From NCBI GenBank assembly GCA_035637575.1, contig DASPWY010000166.1, forward strand, positions 1-60,157: a stretch of DNA of 60,157 bases, read 5' to 3'. The stretch comes from Candidatus Bathyarchaeia archaeon. Lineage in GTDB: Archaea > Thermoproteota > Bathyarchaeia > 40CM-2-53-6. The position numbers and the translations under genes were made by a program. Below, one piece after another: positions 26,381-36,497 of the stretch (position 1 is the stretch's first letter; every line of letters begins with the position of its first letter). Below the pieces are notes generated by a model. The model worked only from the letters and a program-made list of their open reading frames with translations. It did no database searches and was not told the origin of the DNA.

Positions 26381-27541
26381 TCATGACGACCGTCGGCTCC
26401 TCTCCCTGTAGATCTCTCGCTGAATCAGGAATCGCATGATCTCGCTCGTTCCCCCGCCAATCATCATGAATCTAGCGTCACGGAAATAGCGCTCGATCGG
26501 GAGATCCTTAGTATACCCAATTCCTCCGTGAACCTGCAAAGCTTGGTGCGTTATTTCGAAAGCTGACTCAGTGGCAAAGAGCTTCGCGGTTGCTCCTTCG
26601 AGTCTTGCTAGTTTTCCTTCATCGAGCAGCCGAGCCGCCTTGACGATGAGCAGGCGGGACGCTTCAAGCTTAACGAGCATGTCTGACAGTTTGAAACTAA
26701 CCCCTTCGAACTCCTTGATCGGCCGGCCGAACTGCTGTCTCTTTGACGAATAGTCTACCGTTGACTCAAAGGCTGAGCGAGCGATCCCCAGCATTCCCGC
26801 CGCGACCGCGGGGCGTTCCCGATCAAGTTCATCAAGGAGTATCGGGAATCCTCTGTGAAGCCCCCCAACAATATTCTCCTCGGGAACCCTTACGTTGCGA
26901 AATCTAAGATGGACGACGTTTGCGCCGCGCATCCCAAGGAGACCGTATGTCTTCACCACTTGCACTCCTTCGGATTCTCTCGGGACAACAAGGGCGCTAA
27001 CTCCAGACTTGGGAGGCTTTCGAGGCTCAGTGACGGCGAATACGAAGAGGAAATCAGCAACTCCACCATTTGTAATGAAACGCTTCTCACCGTTGAGAAC
27101 CAAATCCTGCCCTCGACGTTCCGCATGCGTCTTGATAGAGGCCGCGTCTGACCCGGCTCCTGGTTCGGTTAGCGCAAGCGCCCCAACCTTCTCCCCCGCG
27201 AGCACAGGTCTGAGAAACCTCCGTTTCTGCGGTCTACTTGCAAAGTAAGCGAGTGGCGCAGCGTACAATGCCCCTGAAGCCAACCGGGCCATTTCTGTAG
27301 CCCCGCTTACGGATGAGATCTCCTCAGCCACAATCACTTCGAAACTCCAGCCTAGCCCAAGGCCTCCATCACTCTTCGAAAAAGCAACTCCGAGAAGCTG
27401 TTGCTCTCCCAGTTTCCGGAGTACTTCCCGGGGAAACCATCCCTCTTCGACTTTCTCGGCTACAGGAGCAACATGCTCCTTTGCGAAACGCTGAACTCTC
27501 TTTCTGAATTTGGCTTCGGGAGTTGATTCGAAAAGGTCCAT
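26381..27541 (-). CDS. Acyl-CoA dehydrogenase
   Basis: LTEPGAGSDAASI, FITNGGVADFLFVFA and QVHGGIGYTKDLPIERYFRDARF are ACAD family motifs. Confidence 0.9.
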   Translation of the reverse strand: MDLFESTPEAKFRKRVQRFAKEHVAPVAEKVEEGWFPREVLRKLGEQQLLGVAFSKSDGGLGLGWSFEVIVAEEISSVSGATEMARLASGALYAAPLAYFASRPQKRRFLRPVLAGEKVGALALTEPGAGSDAASIKTHAERRGQDLVLNGEKRFITNGGVADFLFVFAVTEPRKPPKSGVSALVVPRESEGVQVVKTYGLLGMRGANVVHLRFRNVRVPEENIVGGLHRGFPILLDELDRERPAVAAGMLGIARSAFESTVDYSSKRQQFGRPIKEFEGVSFKLSDMLVKLEASRLLIVKAARLLDEGKLARLEGATAKLFATESAFEITHQALQVHGGIGYTKDLPIERYFRDARFMMIGGGTSEIMRFLIQREIYRERSRRSS

Positions 27542-27601
27542 GCTACGCGACCGGAGGTCTGGCTGAGACTAACAGAGGCGACCCTATCGCTTCAAAATCC
27601 T

Positions 27602-29185
27602 CTAGGCGTACTGCGGAGGCGCGATTACTAGAGGCTTTGGCCTTGCGATAAACCCCAGAGTCTCTTGGAAGACAGGCCGGTACGCGATCCCATACATGAT
27701 TAGGCCATCCTTTCCCTCGTAGTCGAGTCTCCGCAGGACGCCCTCAAGCTTGACACCGGGTTTCAAGTCCTGAAGCTTTGCGTCGACAAACAACACTTTG
27801 TTCTGGTCAAGTAGCTCGAAGTTTGATGTGAATCTCTTCTTGAGAGGTAGCTTGGATACGCTCTTCAACCGAGCGATGAGCGGGTAACGCTTGACCTCCA
27901 TCTTCCCAGTGCATTCTGAATCAAGACATTTCTCTCTGGCAGGGAAATAGATCCGTTCGCATCCATAGCATAGACTGAGAGTGAAGGATTTGCCGTTTAC
28001 CGGCTCTACATCCCCGACGAGCCTAGGGATCTCAAGCCTCTGCTTTATTCTATGCAGACGAGCCCTGATCAGATCCTGGTAGGTTTCTATCTTTATCGTC
28101 GTCTTCCTCTTGACGTATTCCTCTACCGTGGGTGTCAGCCCCCTCTTCTCTTCAATACCATCTTGGACCTCGAACCAAGTTGCGTTAGAATATGCTCCAG
28201 AGCCGTAGGAGACTGCTAGAACCTGATCTCCGGGTTTGGAATTGTCGAAAACAGATGCGAGGGATATGAGCGTCGAAGCCGCATAAGTGTTGCCCGTGTC
28301 CAAGACTTTGAGCCAAGGCTTGACTTTCTTCTCGATATCCTGCTCGGTAAGCCTCATTCTTTCGGCGATGGATTCATCCTCCACGTAAGGAATCTTGTCC
28401 TCGGTCAGAGCGGCGCATGTCTTCATGGGCAGATATCCAGAGGGTTGATGAAAGGTTATCGCATCAAACTCCGACAGGGATAGATCAGGATGTTTACGGA
28501 AGAGATTGGCGATAGCACCGATTACATGCGACTTGTAAGCTTCAACGGTGGTCCGCCCGAAATGCGACGGCACTGCTGCCTGATCGCGTCTCCAAAAGTC
28601 CATGAACAGACTTGAAAACGGCGCAATATCTTCGATGGTTGCGATCAGATCCGTCCGGCCAAGTACGAAGGCTCCGGCACCCGCCCCGCAGGAATATTCT
28701 AGAGGGTCGCCTCGCTCGGCTTGGGCGACGTCCGCACCTATCGCGAGGCCGTACTTGATGCGACCGCTACGAATCTCCGAATCTATGAAGCCGACTCCCT
28801 GCATGCCTGAATTGCATGCTCCCTCCAGATCGGCGACGAAGACGTTCTGTCCCATTCCGATGAATGAGGCGACGTGACGCGCGATCGTTCCAACCGCATA
28901 TGGTTTCGATTCGGAGCCCGCTGTGACTGTTCCAATCTCATCCGGGGAGATGCCCGCCATTCTAACCGCGTTCTCAGCGGCCTCCGTGGCGATTGTAATC
29001 GTATCCTCAGTGTGACCCGCGAGAGCTTTCTCTCTAAGAAGTAGCCCGTGTCTAACCTTCTCTAGGACTCTTTCCAGCTCTTTGCCTCGCTTTCTCTCCC
29101 GTTCTCTTACAATCTTCTCGGTCTCGATCCGTTCCCATGGAATGTACACGCCGTAACCGACAATTCCTACATCTCGATGACTCAT
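27602..29185 (-). CDS. Archaeal HMG-CoA synthase fused to a C-terminal DUF35 (Zn-ribbon plus OB-fold) domain
   Basis: The N-terminal ~400 aa show VGIVGYGVYIPWERI, GSESKPYAVG, LEGACNSG, DFWRR, TFHQPSG, GNTYAAS and SYGSGA. The C-terminal ~130 aa show CYGCERIYFPAREKCLDSEC plus an OB-like GVKLEGVLRR...GIAYRP. The ATG at 29185 is preferred, because a TTAAATAT box ~48 nt upstream lies inside the longer ORF-track version (start 29281). Confidence 0.85.
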   Translation of the reverse strand: MSHRDVGIVGYGVYIPWERIETEKIVRERERKRGKELERVLEKVRHGLLLREKALAGHTEDTITIATEAAENAVRMAGISPDEIGTVTAGSESKPYAVGTIARHVASFIGMGQNVFVADLEGACNSGMQGVGFIDSEIRSGRIKYGLAIGADVAQAERGDPLEYSCGAGAGAFVLGRTDLIATIEDIAPFSSLFMDFWRRDQAAVPSHFGRTTVEAYKSHVIGAIANLFRKHPDLSLSEFDAITFHQPSGYLPMKTCAALTEDKIPYVEDESIAERMRLTEQDIEKKVKPWLKVLDTGNTYAASTLISLASVFDNSKPGDQVLAVSYGSGAYSNATWFEVQDGIEEKRGLTPTVEEYVKRKTTIKIETYQDLIRARLHRIKQRLEIPRLVGDVEPVNGKSFTLSLCYGCERIYFPAREKCLDSECTGKMEVKRYPLIARLKSVSKLPLKKRFTSNFELLDQNKVLFVDAKLQDLKPGVKLEGVLRRLDYEGKDGLIMYGIAYRPVFQETLGFIARPKPLVIAPPQYA

Positions 29186-29430
29186 CTGAAATCCCAGAGA
29201 ACGATCTTCTATGAACGGCGATTCTTGCGAATCATCATATTTAAGGCTAGCCGGACCGCACTCTTGATGCAACGCCGTCAACCGATTGTCTTCTCAATCG
29301 AGGTCGCAAAGAGCAGGGAAAAGAAAGATTCCGCGTTGCCCCTATGGAACTTTGCTGCAACTGAACCAGTTACAGACTGCTTTTGCGCTTCAGGAGGAAC
29401 CAAGAACTGGAAATCGCTCCAGGATTGTAA

Positions 29431-31185
29431 ATGCCTTTCCGGGTCAGCCCTCTAATCGTTCGAGCCGTGATAACTGCCCTTCTCATTTCCCAAATGGTCC
29501 CCCTCCAACTCCATAATCCAGCCCCGTCTTTCAATAATGTCTCCACGTTTCCTCTTACCCCTATAAGCGGCGCCCAGTCGACTCTCGTAGTGCTTGTGGG
29601 GTTCTCCGACAAGACCAACAGCACTTCTCCAACTAGGATAGCTGAGACGCTTTCTAATATGGACAACTACTACGCCGAAGACTCCTACGGAATCGTTTCG
29701 TTTGTGACGACTCTCAGTCCATCCGTAGCCTCCCCATGGTACTCGCTGCAGAAGACTATGGAATACTATAGTGCGAATACTGCATCCATCGACAATCAAT
29801 TAGTTACGGACTCACTTCAGGCCGCATACAAGGCAGGAGTGAACTTTCACGATTACAAATACGCGATAATAGTGCATGCGGGAAACGATGAGGCGATGCC
29901 CCCGCATTCATCCACGGACATTCACTCATTTACTATTCCGGGCTACGTTTTCAATCCCTCTCCTCTAGACTCATTCCAGATTTCAACCTCGGTAGTCTCA
30001 GAGTCCGACCCCGTTGGAGTCTACGCCCACGAGGCTGGCCATCTTCAGGGCCTGCCAGACCTATACGACCTGACGCAACAGATAGACCCTGTCAACAACT
30101 TTGTCGGCTACTGGGAAATCATGGCGCTCGGAGAATGGAACCCAAACAGTGGGAATCCCTTACAACCGTCACCTGGAACTTACCCGTCACAACATTCATC
30201 CTGGTCAAAGATCAAGCTAGGATGGATCTCCAACTCAAGCTTACGAACAGTCTACCCGGGCAATTTGACAACAATAACTGTCCAAAATCTAGAACTTCCC
30301 ACTTCGGGAATACAGGCCGTTAAGATCCCAATCAGCGTGAACTCCGACGGATCTCTATCATACTACCTCATAGAGATGAGAGCAAAACTTGGAACTTATG
30401 ATCAGTATCTCCCATTCCCGTCGGACTATCCGGGCGCTGGCTTGCTAATCTACAAGGTAAACGAGAGCATAGCAGGGGGGCATGGCAATCTTCGACTCAT
30501 GGACGCGCATCCTGGTGGGGACCTAAGCGACGCCGCATTTGGACCCTGTTCCTCGCCGTGCGTTAGCAACAACACCTTTTCGGACCCCCCGAACTTTGTA
30601 AAGATAATTGTAACCACCACGAACTCGACCGCCTACACTATAATCGTCGATAGGACTAGCTCACCACTGCTACTTCTCCAAGTAAACACTCCCGCCCCCG
30701 GAATGCTCATCTCAGTTGACGGGACGAACCTGACCTCGGACCGATCTAACGAATTGAGGCTACCAGTACATTATGGGCCTCACCAGGTCTATATCCAGTC
30801 CCAAGTACCTCTCTCACTAGGCTCCACAACAATCCAAGTTGGACTGACCAACTCGTTCGCTGCTTGGAATGACGGGAGCACGGCGAATCCGCGATGGGTT
30901 TCCGTTATCACAGACACTGTTATGACTGCTACTTATCGAGTTACGGTAGAACCCTCATTTGCAACAGCCGCAACAGCTGCGATACTCCTTGCGATAGTTG
31001 TGCTAGGAATAACGTTGAGCCGCAGACGAAGCAGGGACAAGATTCGACCTATGGCTCAATCGGCGCCTCTTATACCAACCAGCTCGCCGACCGTGAGCCC
31101 GATTTCTGACTCACTCCCAAGGAATGACGGTCTTGGCAAAGACCCCGTAAAGAGTGACCAGGAGCCCAACCAAGCTAATCCCTAA
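29431..31185 (+). CDS. Exported M6 (InhA-like) zinc metalloprotease with a C-terminal TM anchor
   Basis: It has a signal-like N-terminus and the zincin motif YAHEAGHLQGLPDLYD (M6-like HExxH..LPDxY). A C-terminal TM (AATAAILLAIVVLGITL) and a ~50-aa tail follow. Confidence 0.8.
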   Translation: MPFRVSPLIVRAVITALLISQMVPLQLHNPAPSFNNVSTFPLTPISGAQSTLVVLVGFSDKTNSTSPTRIAETLSNMDNYYAEDSYGIVSFVTTLSPSVASPWYSLQKTMEYYSANTASIDNQLVTDSLQAAYKAGVNFHDYKYAIIVHAGNDEAMPPHSSTDIHSFTIPGYVFNPSPLDSFQISTSVVSESDPVGVYAHEAGHLQGLPDLYDLTQQIDPVNNFVGYWEIMALGEWNPNSGNPLQPSPGTYPSQHSSWSKIKLGWISNSSLRTVYPGNLTTITVQNLELPTSGIQAVKIPISVNSDGSLSYYLIEMRAKLGTYDQYLPFPSDYPGAGLLIYKVNESIAGGHGNLRLMDAHPGGDLSDAAFGPCSSPCVSNNTFSDPPNFVKIIVTTTNSTAYTIIVDRTSSPLLLLQVNTPAPGMLISVDGTNLTSDRSNELRLPVHYGPHQVYIQSQVPLSLGSTTIQVGLTNSFAAWNDGSTANPRWVSVITDTVMTATYRVTVEPSFATAATAAILLAIVVLGITLSRRRSRDKIRPMAQSAPLIPTSSPTVSPISDSLPRNDGLGKDPVKSDQEPNQANP

Positions 31186-31683
31186 TCCAGCAAAATTCAT
31201 TCCCCCATCTCTCGCCACCATGGTACTGACCGAACTCGCAACCAGAGTTGCCGACAAAAGCACCTCTTTTGAACCACTGGAATCTCTATTATCAAAACCG
31301 AAATAGTAAGTCGTCGAGGCGTTCAAGGGAATTCGAATGCTAGAGTTCGAAACAGTCTGATTAACGAGGCACCCCCTCTGTTCCACGTTAAGCATACAGT
31401 TTTGGAACGCCCCTTCGGGAAAGAACTTGAACTGGATCGAAGATGGTGCTCCTGATTGGGTGTACACCGTCAGATTAACGAGCAATTCGTTTTCTCTCCC
31501 TGGAAACAGGCTGACATTTTCCGGAGTCTCGGACAAAGAAGCTGAGCTCACTGGGATCGGTCTGGGATTGACAACCATCTGAGAAGACTGAAGCGGAATC
31601 ATGTGAAGATTAGGGACCATGGAGTAGGCTAGAAGTCCAGCGACTAGAAGAAATGCCCCTCCGATAACGAGGACGAATTTCAT
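31111..31683 (-). CDS. Bitopic membrane protein with a beta-rich extracytoplasmic domain (hypothetical), first gene downstream of the ABC ATPase
   Basis: 190 aa with N- and C-terminal TM helices flanking an S/N/V-rich domain that carries sequons. Its 3' end overlaps the M6 protease 3' end by 75 nt in convergent orientation. Confidence 0.6.
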   Translation of the reverse strand: MKFVLVIGGAFLLVAGLLAYSMVPNLHMIPLQSSQMVVNPRPIPVSSASLSETPENVSLFPGRENELLVNLTVYTQSGAPSSIQFKFFPEGAFQNCMLNVEQRGCLVNQTVSNSSIRIPLNASTTYYFGFDNRDSSGSKEVLLSATLVASSVSTMVARDGGMNFAGLGISLVGLLVTLYGVFAKTVIPWE

Positions 31684-31689
31684 TCGATC

Positions 31690-32508
31690 TTAGCGATCCT
31701 CCATGTCTTGGAGTCTCTTGAACTCCTTTAGTCCGCTGAGTCTATGTCGCATGATGCTGTTTTCCAGTTCTGACTGGAGCAACGCGAAAATGTCACGATG
31801 AATGCTCACAAACTCTGAATCTGTCTGAATTCTCGGTCGCTCCATCTCTACACCTACAATGCTCTTGACTCTGGCCGGACGGGCTGAAAGGACAAGGATG
31901 CGGTCGGCCAGCTCAATCGCCTCGGGAAGGTTGTGAGTTACAAGAAGGAACGTCTTCTGGGTCTCATTGTGAATCTCAGCAACCTCAGCTCTCAGAGATT
32001 CCGCGGTGAACTCGTCGATAGCGCTAAACGCCTCGTCCATCAAAATCACCTCTGGATCTATGGCGAGTGCGCGAGCGATGCCGACTCGTTGTTTCATTCC
32101 TCCTGAGAGTTGTTTTGGAAAGAGATTCTCTGATCCCTCGAGCCCAACCATCTCGAGAAGATCCATCGCAACCTCAGCTCTCTCCTTTTTCGACCGCCCT
32201 TGGACCTCAAGTCCGAATTCGACGTTCTGAATTACAGTTCTCCAAGGAAGCAGAGCAAAGGTCTGGAAGACCATGCTGATCTTTGAGTGAGGTGCGGTAA
32301 GGAGATCACCCCTGAAACGAATCTGGCCGGAGGAGGGATGATCTAGTCCGGCGATCATCCTCAAGAGTGTCGACTTGCCGCATCCGCTCGGTCCTACGAT
32401 GCACAGAAACTCTCCCTCATTCACATGAAACGAGATATCCTTGAGGGCTGTTACGAGTTGAGGTGGGTCCTCGTAGACCTTTGTAACGTTGGACAGTTCT
32501 ACATGCAA
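31690..32508 (-). CDS. ABC transporter ATP-binding protein (nitrate/sulfonate/bicarbonate NitT/TauT-like)
   Basis: Walker A is GPSGCGKSTLL, the signature motif is LSGGMKQRVGIARAL, and Walker B is ILMDEAFSAID. Confidence 0.9.
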   Translation of the reverse strand: MHVELSNVTKVYEDPPQLVTALKDISFHVNEGEFLCIVGPSGCGKSTLLRMIAGLDHPSSGQIRFRGDLLTAPHSKISMVFQTFALLPWRTVIQNVEFGLEVQGRSKKERAEVAMDLLEMVGLEGSENLFPKQLSGGMKQRVGIARALAIDPEVILMDEAFSAIDEFTAESLRAEVAEIHNETQKTFLLVTHNLPEAIELADRILVLSARPARVKSIVGVEMERPRIQTDSEFVSIHRDIFALLQSELENSIMRHRLSGLKEFKRLQDMEDR

Positions 32509-32511
32509 GTC

Positions 32512-33345
32512 CTACCGCCACCTCTTGATGCGATTCTCAAACCTCTCGAAGACGGCTCTGTCTATCGCAATCGTGATAAGACCAACCGTCATTATTGCGG
32601 CCAGACCGTAAGTCAACGAATGCGCTGAGCTTCCTAGGCTGGAAGAAATGAAGGTTCCAATCCCAGCCACACTTGCAATGACCTCGACCGCAAGCAACAC
32701 GTTCCAGCTGAATTCAAAAGACAAACGAAGGCCCGTGACAAGGTTGGGAAAGATCGACGGAAGGATCATTTTCGTGAAAGTCTGAACTCTTCCGGCCTTG
32801 AATACTGATGTGACGTGGAAATAATCGCCAGGTATTTCCTTCACCCCTTGTCGGATCGTAAAATACACAGGGAAAAAAGCACTGAAAGCGGAGATTGCAA
32901 CAGCGGCAACATTTCCTCGCCCTATCACTGTAACTAGAAGCGTTAGAATCGCAAGATCAGGAAGAGCACCCACCAGCATTATGATTGGAGTGATCGCCTG
33001 ATCAAGTTGACTTCGCATTCCCACAAGTAGAGCCAGGGGAAACACCAAGACCAGTGCCAACGAAACTCCCGTCGTAACATTAGCAAAACTCTGGCCAACG
33101 TGCACCAAGAAAAATGGCGTTCCCGCGAGCTGGATGAGAGCCAAGATAACGTCGTGAAGTGCTGGGAGCTGGCTGCTTGACACAAGTCCGGAAAGGCAGA
33201 CTGACTCCCAGAGGGCGAAGATCGCGACCAACAGTAATGCCCATGCTGGTGGACGGAATTTTCTTACGCGCTTCTCTCGCACTCTATGAAAAGATCTGGA
33301 TCCAAACAAACGAGACAGCAGCCCATAACCACCGGGGCGTCGCAA
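32512..33345 (-). CDS. ABC transporter permease (NitT/TauT-like)
   Basis: 277-aa polytopic membrane protein with a binding-protein-dependent transport inner-membrane-component pattern. It lies 3 nt upstream of the ATPase gene. Confidence 0.8.
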   Translation of the reverse strand: MRRPGGYGLLSRLFGSRSFHRVREKRVRKFRPPAWALLLVAIFALWESVCLSGLVSSSQLPALHDVILALIQLAGTPFFLVHVGQSFANVTTGVSLALVLVFPLALLVGMRSQLDQAITPIIMLVGALPDLAILTLLVTVIGRGNVAAVAISAFSAFFPVYFTIRQGVKEIPGDYFHVTSVFKAGRVQTFTKMILPSIFPNLVTGLRLSFEFSWNVLLAVEVIASVAGIGTFISSSLGSSAHSLTYGLAAIMTVGLITIAIDRAVFERFENRIKRWR

Positions 33346-33451
33346 GTCGGCTGTCAGAACTAATTAGCTTTAGACGAAAATTAGGTAAAATGCTACGCTG
33401 AGGGCAAGCTTGAATCCTCGGAGGTGGGTGAAACTGTTACCGGTTACGAGG

Positions 33452-33470
33452 AAAAAACTCGGACAAAAGC
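33452..33470 (-). terminator. Oligo-T terminator candidate downstream of ahcY
   Basis: The minus strand reads CTTTTGTCCGAGTTTTTTCC (T6 is the complement of 33452-33457). It lies ~100 nt after the ahcY stop. Confidence 0.4.
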
Positions 33471-33560
33471 CTCTGCGATTGACTCGGTTGAGTCCAAACT
33501 TCGGTATCGTCAGCTCGGGACCCGGCTGTGCAGAGCTGTACATCTAGCTGTGCGTTCTGC

Positions 33561-34838
33561 TCAGAGCCGCCATGATCTAGCGTAGTTTTGTTGGAGCCTA
33601 GTCAATGAATCGATCCTTTTTCCGAATTCCTCCAGACGCCAGCGGGCAATCTGTAAGTCTAACTCTTCTGGAACTCGAGTCAACTTCGACTCGAGCTTAG
33701 AACCATGTCGGAGAAGGTATTCAGCTGACAAAGCTTGACCGGCGAAGCTCATGTCCATGACTTCCGCGGGGTGCCCATCCGCCGCGGCGAGGTTAACAAG
33801 TCTCCCGTCTGACAAGAGGTAGAGCCGCTTCCCAGACTTCAATCTGTACTCAGTGACTTCTGGTCTTACCCTCTTCCGCCCAACGGCTATCTTTTCGAGA
33901 TCCTTGACTTTGACTTCGATGTCGTAGTGGCCCACGTTACAGAGAATCGCCTTGTCCTTCATTTGACTCATGTGAGCTGCGGTGACTACATCGGTGTTAC
34001 CGGTTGCCGTGATGAAAAGATCCCCTATCTTGGCGGCTTCCGCCATCGGCATTACGTCAAAACCTTCCATCAATGCTTCCAAGGCTCGCACTGGGTCCAC
34101 TTCTGTTACGATCACTCTTGACCCCATTCCTTTTGCTCTCAGCGCAACACCACGTCCCACCCAGCCAAATCCTGCCACAACTACGCTCCTGCCTGCCAAC
34201 AGAAGGTTTGTCGCGCGCATAATTCCCTCGAGCGCCGACTGTCCCGTTCCGTATCTGCTGTCAAAGAGATACTTCGTAAGAGCGTCATTGACGGCGATGA
34301 CTGGAAACTTCAGTCGACGTTCCTTCTCCATAGCTCTTAACCGGGTGACTCCTGTCGTGGTTTCCTCACAAGCCCCAATGATCTTCTCGAAAAACTGCTT
34401 ACCTTTCAGATGTGTCGCAATTACGAGCTCAGCGCCGTCATCGATCAGAATGTCAGGCTTCAACCCAAGAACCCGATCCAGGTTCGCCTTGTGTTCTCTA
34501 TCTGTAACACCCCTCCAGGCATAGACATGAACCCCAGTTTCAGATAGTGCTGCCGCCACATCGTCTTGAGTCGTGAGAGGATTACTTCCGGTGATGGCAA
34601 CCTCCGCCCCTGCTTTCAGGAAAACCTCGCTAAGGACCGCGGTCTTTGCTTCCAGATGGAGACACATTCCTACTCGGTGTCCTTTGAAGACCTTGGCCGC
34701 AGCGAATCTTCGAGAAATTCTGGCGAGCACTGGCATATTTTCCCGTGCCCATGCCAGTTTGACCCGGCCGGTCGGCGCGAGGGCAGAATCCTTGACCAGA
34801 CTCAAGACCTGCTCAAGATGAAGGGCCCGATATTCCAA
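33561..34838 (-). CDS. ahcY: Adenosylhomocysteinase
   Basis: KLAWARENMPVL and HLEAKTAVL are present, with the NAD-binding motif VVAGFGWVGRGVALRAKG and HYDIE. The start is TTG. It is somewhat uncertain because an ATATATAA element abuts it. Confidence 0.92.
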   Translation of the reverse strand: MEYRALHLEQVLSLVKDSALAPTGRVKLAWARENMPVLARISRRFAAAKVFKGHRVGMCLHLEAKTAVLSEVFLKAGAEVAITGSNPLTTQDDVAAALSETGVHVYAWRGVTDREHKANLDRVLGLKPDILIDDGAELVIATHLKGKQFFEKIIGACEETTTGVTRLRAMEKERRLKFPVIAVNDALTKYLFDSRYGTGQSALEGIMRATNLLLAGRSVVVAGFGWVGRGVALRAKGMGSRVIVTEVDPVRALEALMEGFDVMPMAEAAKIGDLFITATGNTDVVTAAHMSQMKDKAILCNVGHYDIEVKVKDLEKIAVGRKRVRPEVTEYRLKSGKRLYLLSDGRLVNLAAADGHPAEVMDMSFAGQALSAEYLLRHGSKLESKLTRVPEELDLQIARWRLEEFGKRIDSLTRLQQNYARSWRL

Positions 34839-35036
34839 TTATATATTGTCTAGCATACAGATATTCCAATTGGAATGCCGACCTCAGCCCCTGCGGATCT
34901 ACTCGGCAACGCCATAATGGAAAAACGGTTCAAGACAACGGTCGGAGAAATGTGCGAACTCGGAGGAACCGCCGCCATGTATAATAAGGAAAGAGAACAT
35001 GCTACGGTGAAACTCACCGGGAGTATTCGAGAATAG

Positions 35037-36497
35037 GTGTCTGAAAAAGGATTCAGGGCGAAGTTCAAAAACTCTGATGTCGCTGTCACGTTCCGCGACC
35101 TGATTCTCCTTCCCGGATGGACTGAAGTTGAACCAAGCCAAGTCCAGTTATCTACTCAAGTATCTCTGAAATATTCAATCAACGTCCCACTGGTTTCTAG
35201 TCCGATGGACACCGTTACAGAAAGCGAGATGGCCATAGGCTTGGCACGGTTGGGCGGATTGGGGGTCATTCACCGAAATTGCACCGCTGAAGAGGAACTG
35301 GAGATGGCAAAGAAGGTGAAGAGGGCAGAGTCCCTAGTCATCAGAGAAGTCATCACGATCAGTCCCGAGGCAACCGTGAAGTATGCGACCGAGTTGATGC
35401 AGAAGCATAACATTTCAGGACTGCCGGTCGTTCAAGGGGAACATCTCGTCGGCATTTTGACAGGACGAGACGTCCGTTTTGCAGATTCGAATCTTCTCAC
35501 TAGCGATGTGATGACGAAGAAGGTCATCACTGCTCCCGCAGACACCAACATTGATGGAGCGAAGGAGATTCTTCACAAGCATCGAGTGGAGAAGCTCCCC
35601 CTCATCGATAAAGAAGGCCGATTGAAGGGACTCATGACGATAAAGGACATCCTCCAGCGTGGACGGTTTCCCAACGCCGCCCGCGACGAGAATGGCCAAC
35701 TCCTCTGCGGGGCCGCGGTGTCACCATTCGATCTTAAGAGAGCGAAGAAACTCAGCGAGGCCGCAGACATTCTAGTTATAGATGTCGCCCATTTCCACAA
35801 CGCAAATGTGTTCAGTTCGATGAAGAAGATGCTTGAGCAGGTCAATACTGACGTTATTGTCGGGAGTATTGGGACCTATCAGGCTGCTGAAGACATTCTG
35901 TCCAAACTCGACGGGGTGGCAGGGTTCAGAGTTGGAATCGGATCGGGCTCCATCTGTACCACGATGGAGGCGACCAAGGCTGGGTCCCCAACCGTATTCG
36001 CCACGGCACAAGTCGCGGATGCTCTCCGCACGTACGGCTCAAAGCTACCGATAATCGCCGACGGAGGCATCAGGGGCCCAGGCGACGCAGCGATCGCCCT
36101 ATCCCTAGGAGCCTCTGCTGTTATGATGGGCAATATTTTCGCTCGCTCAAAAGAAGCTCCAGGGACTCTGATAACTATCGGGGGAAGGTACTACAAGCAA
36201 TATCGAGGAATGGGAAGCCCATCTGCAATGGCAAAGAGATTCTCCTCTGACCGATACGCTCAACCATCGAAAGGCTTGCCTGAGGGAGTTGAGGGATGGG
36301 TCCCGTACAAAGGTGAGCTGAGCGTTGTGGTGCAAGAGATGGTCGCAGGGCTACAGGCATCAATGGGCTATGCGGGCGCTAAGACAATTCCGGAACTCTG
36401 GGAAAAATCTAAGCTGGCGGGCATTACCAACTCTGGCGCCGAGGAAGCAAGGCCCCACGATGTATTGCTACCGTCTGAGTCTCCGGAAAGAGTCTAG
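35037..36497 (+). CDS. guaB: IMP dehydrogenase
   Basis: It has a CBS pair, the catalytic loop VGIGSGSICTT, and GGIRGPGD. The start codon is GTG. Confidence 0.93.
   Translation: MSEKGFRAKFKNSDVAVTFRDLILLPGWTEVEPSQVQLSTQVSLKYSINVPLVSSPMDTVTESEMAIGLARLGGLGVIHRNCTAEEELEMAKKVKRAESLVIREVITISPEATVKYATELMQKHNISGLPVVQGEHLVGILTGRDVRFADSNLLTSDVMTKKVITAPADTNIDGAKEILHKHRVEKLPLIDKEGRLKGLMTIKDILQRGRFPNAARDENGQLLCGAAVSPFDLKRAKKLSEAADILVIDVAHFHNANVFSSMKKMLEQVNTDVIVGSIGTYQAAEDILSKLDGVAGFRVGIGSGSICTTMEATKAGSPTVFATAQVADALRTYGSKLPIIADGGIRGPGDAAIALSLGASAVMMGNIFARSKEAPGTLITIGGRYYKQYRGMGSPSAMAKRFSSDRYAQPSKGLPEGVEGWVPYKGELSVVVQEMVAGLQASMGYAGAKTIPELWEKSKLAGITNSGAEEARPHDVLLPSESPERV

Noticed and set aside
34850-35141. 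Two overlapping minus-strand ORFs (79 and 80 aa) in or near the ahcY-guaB divergent spacer.
   Set aside because: They overlap the well-supported guaB 5' end and the promoter region. They have odd composition and no recognisable motifs.
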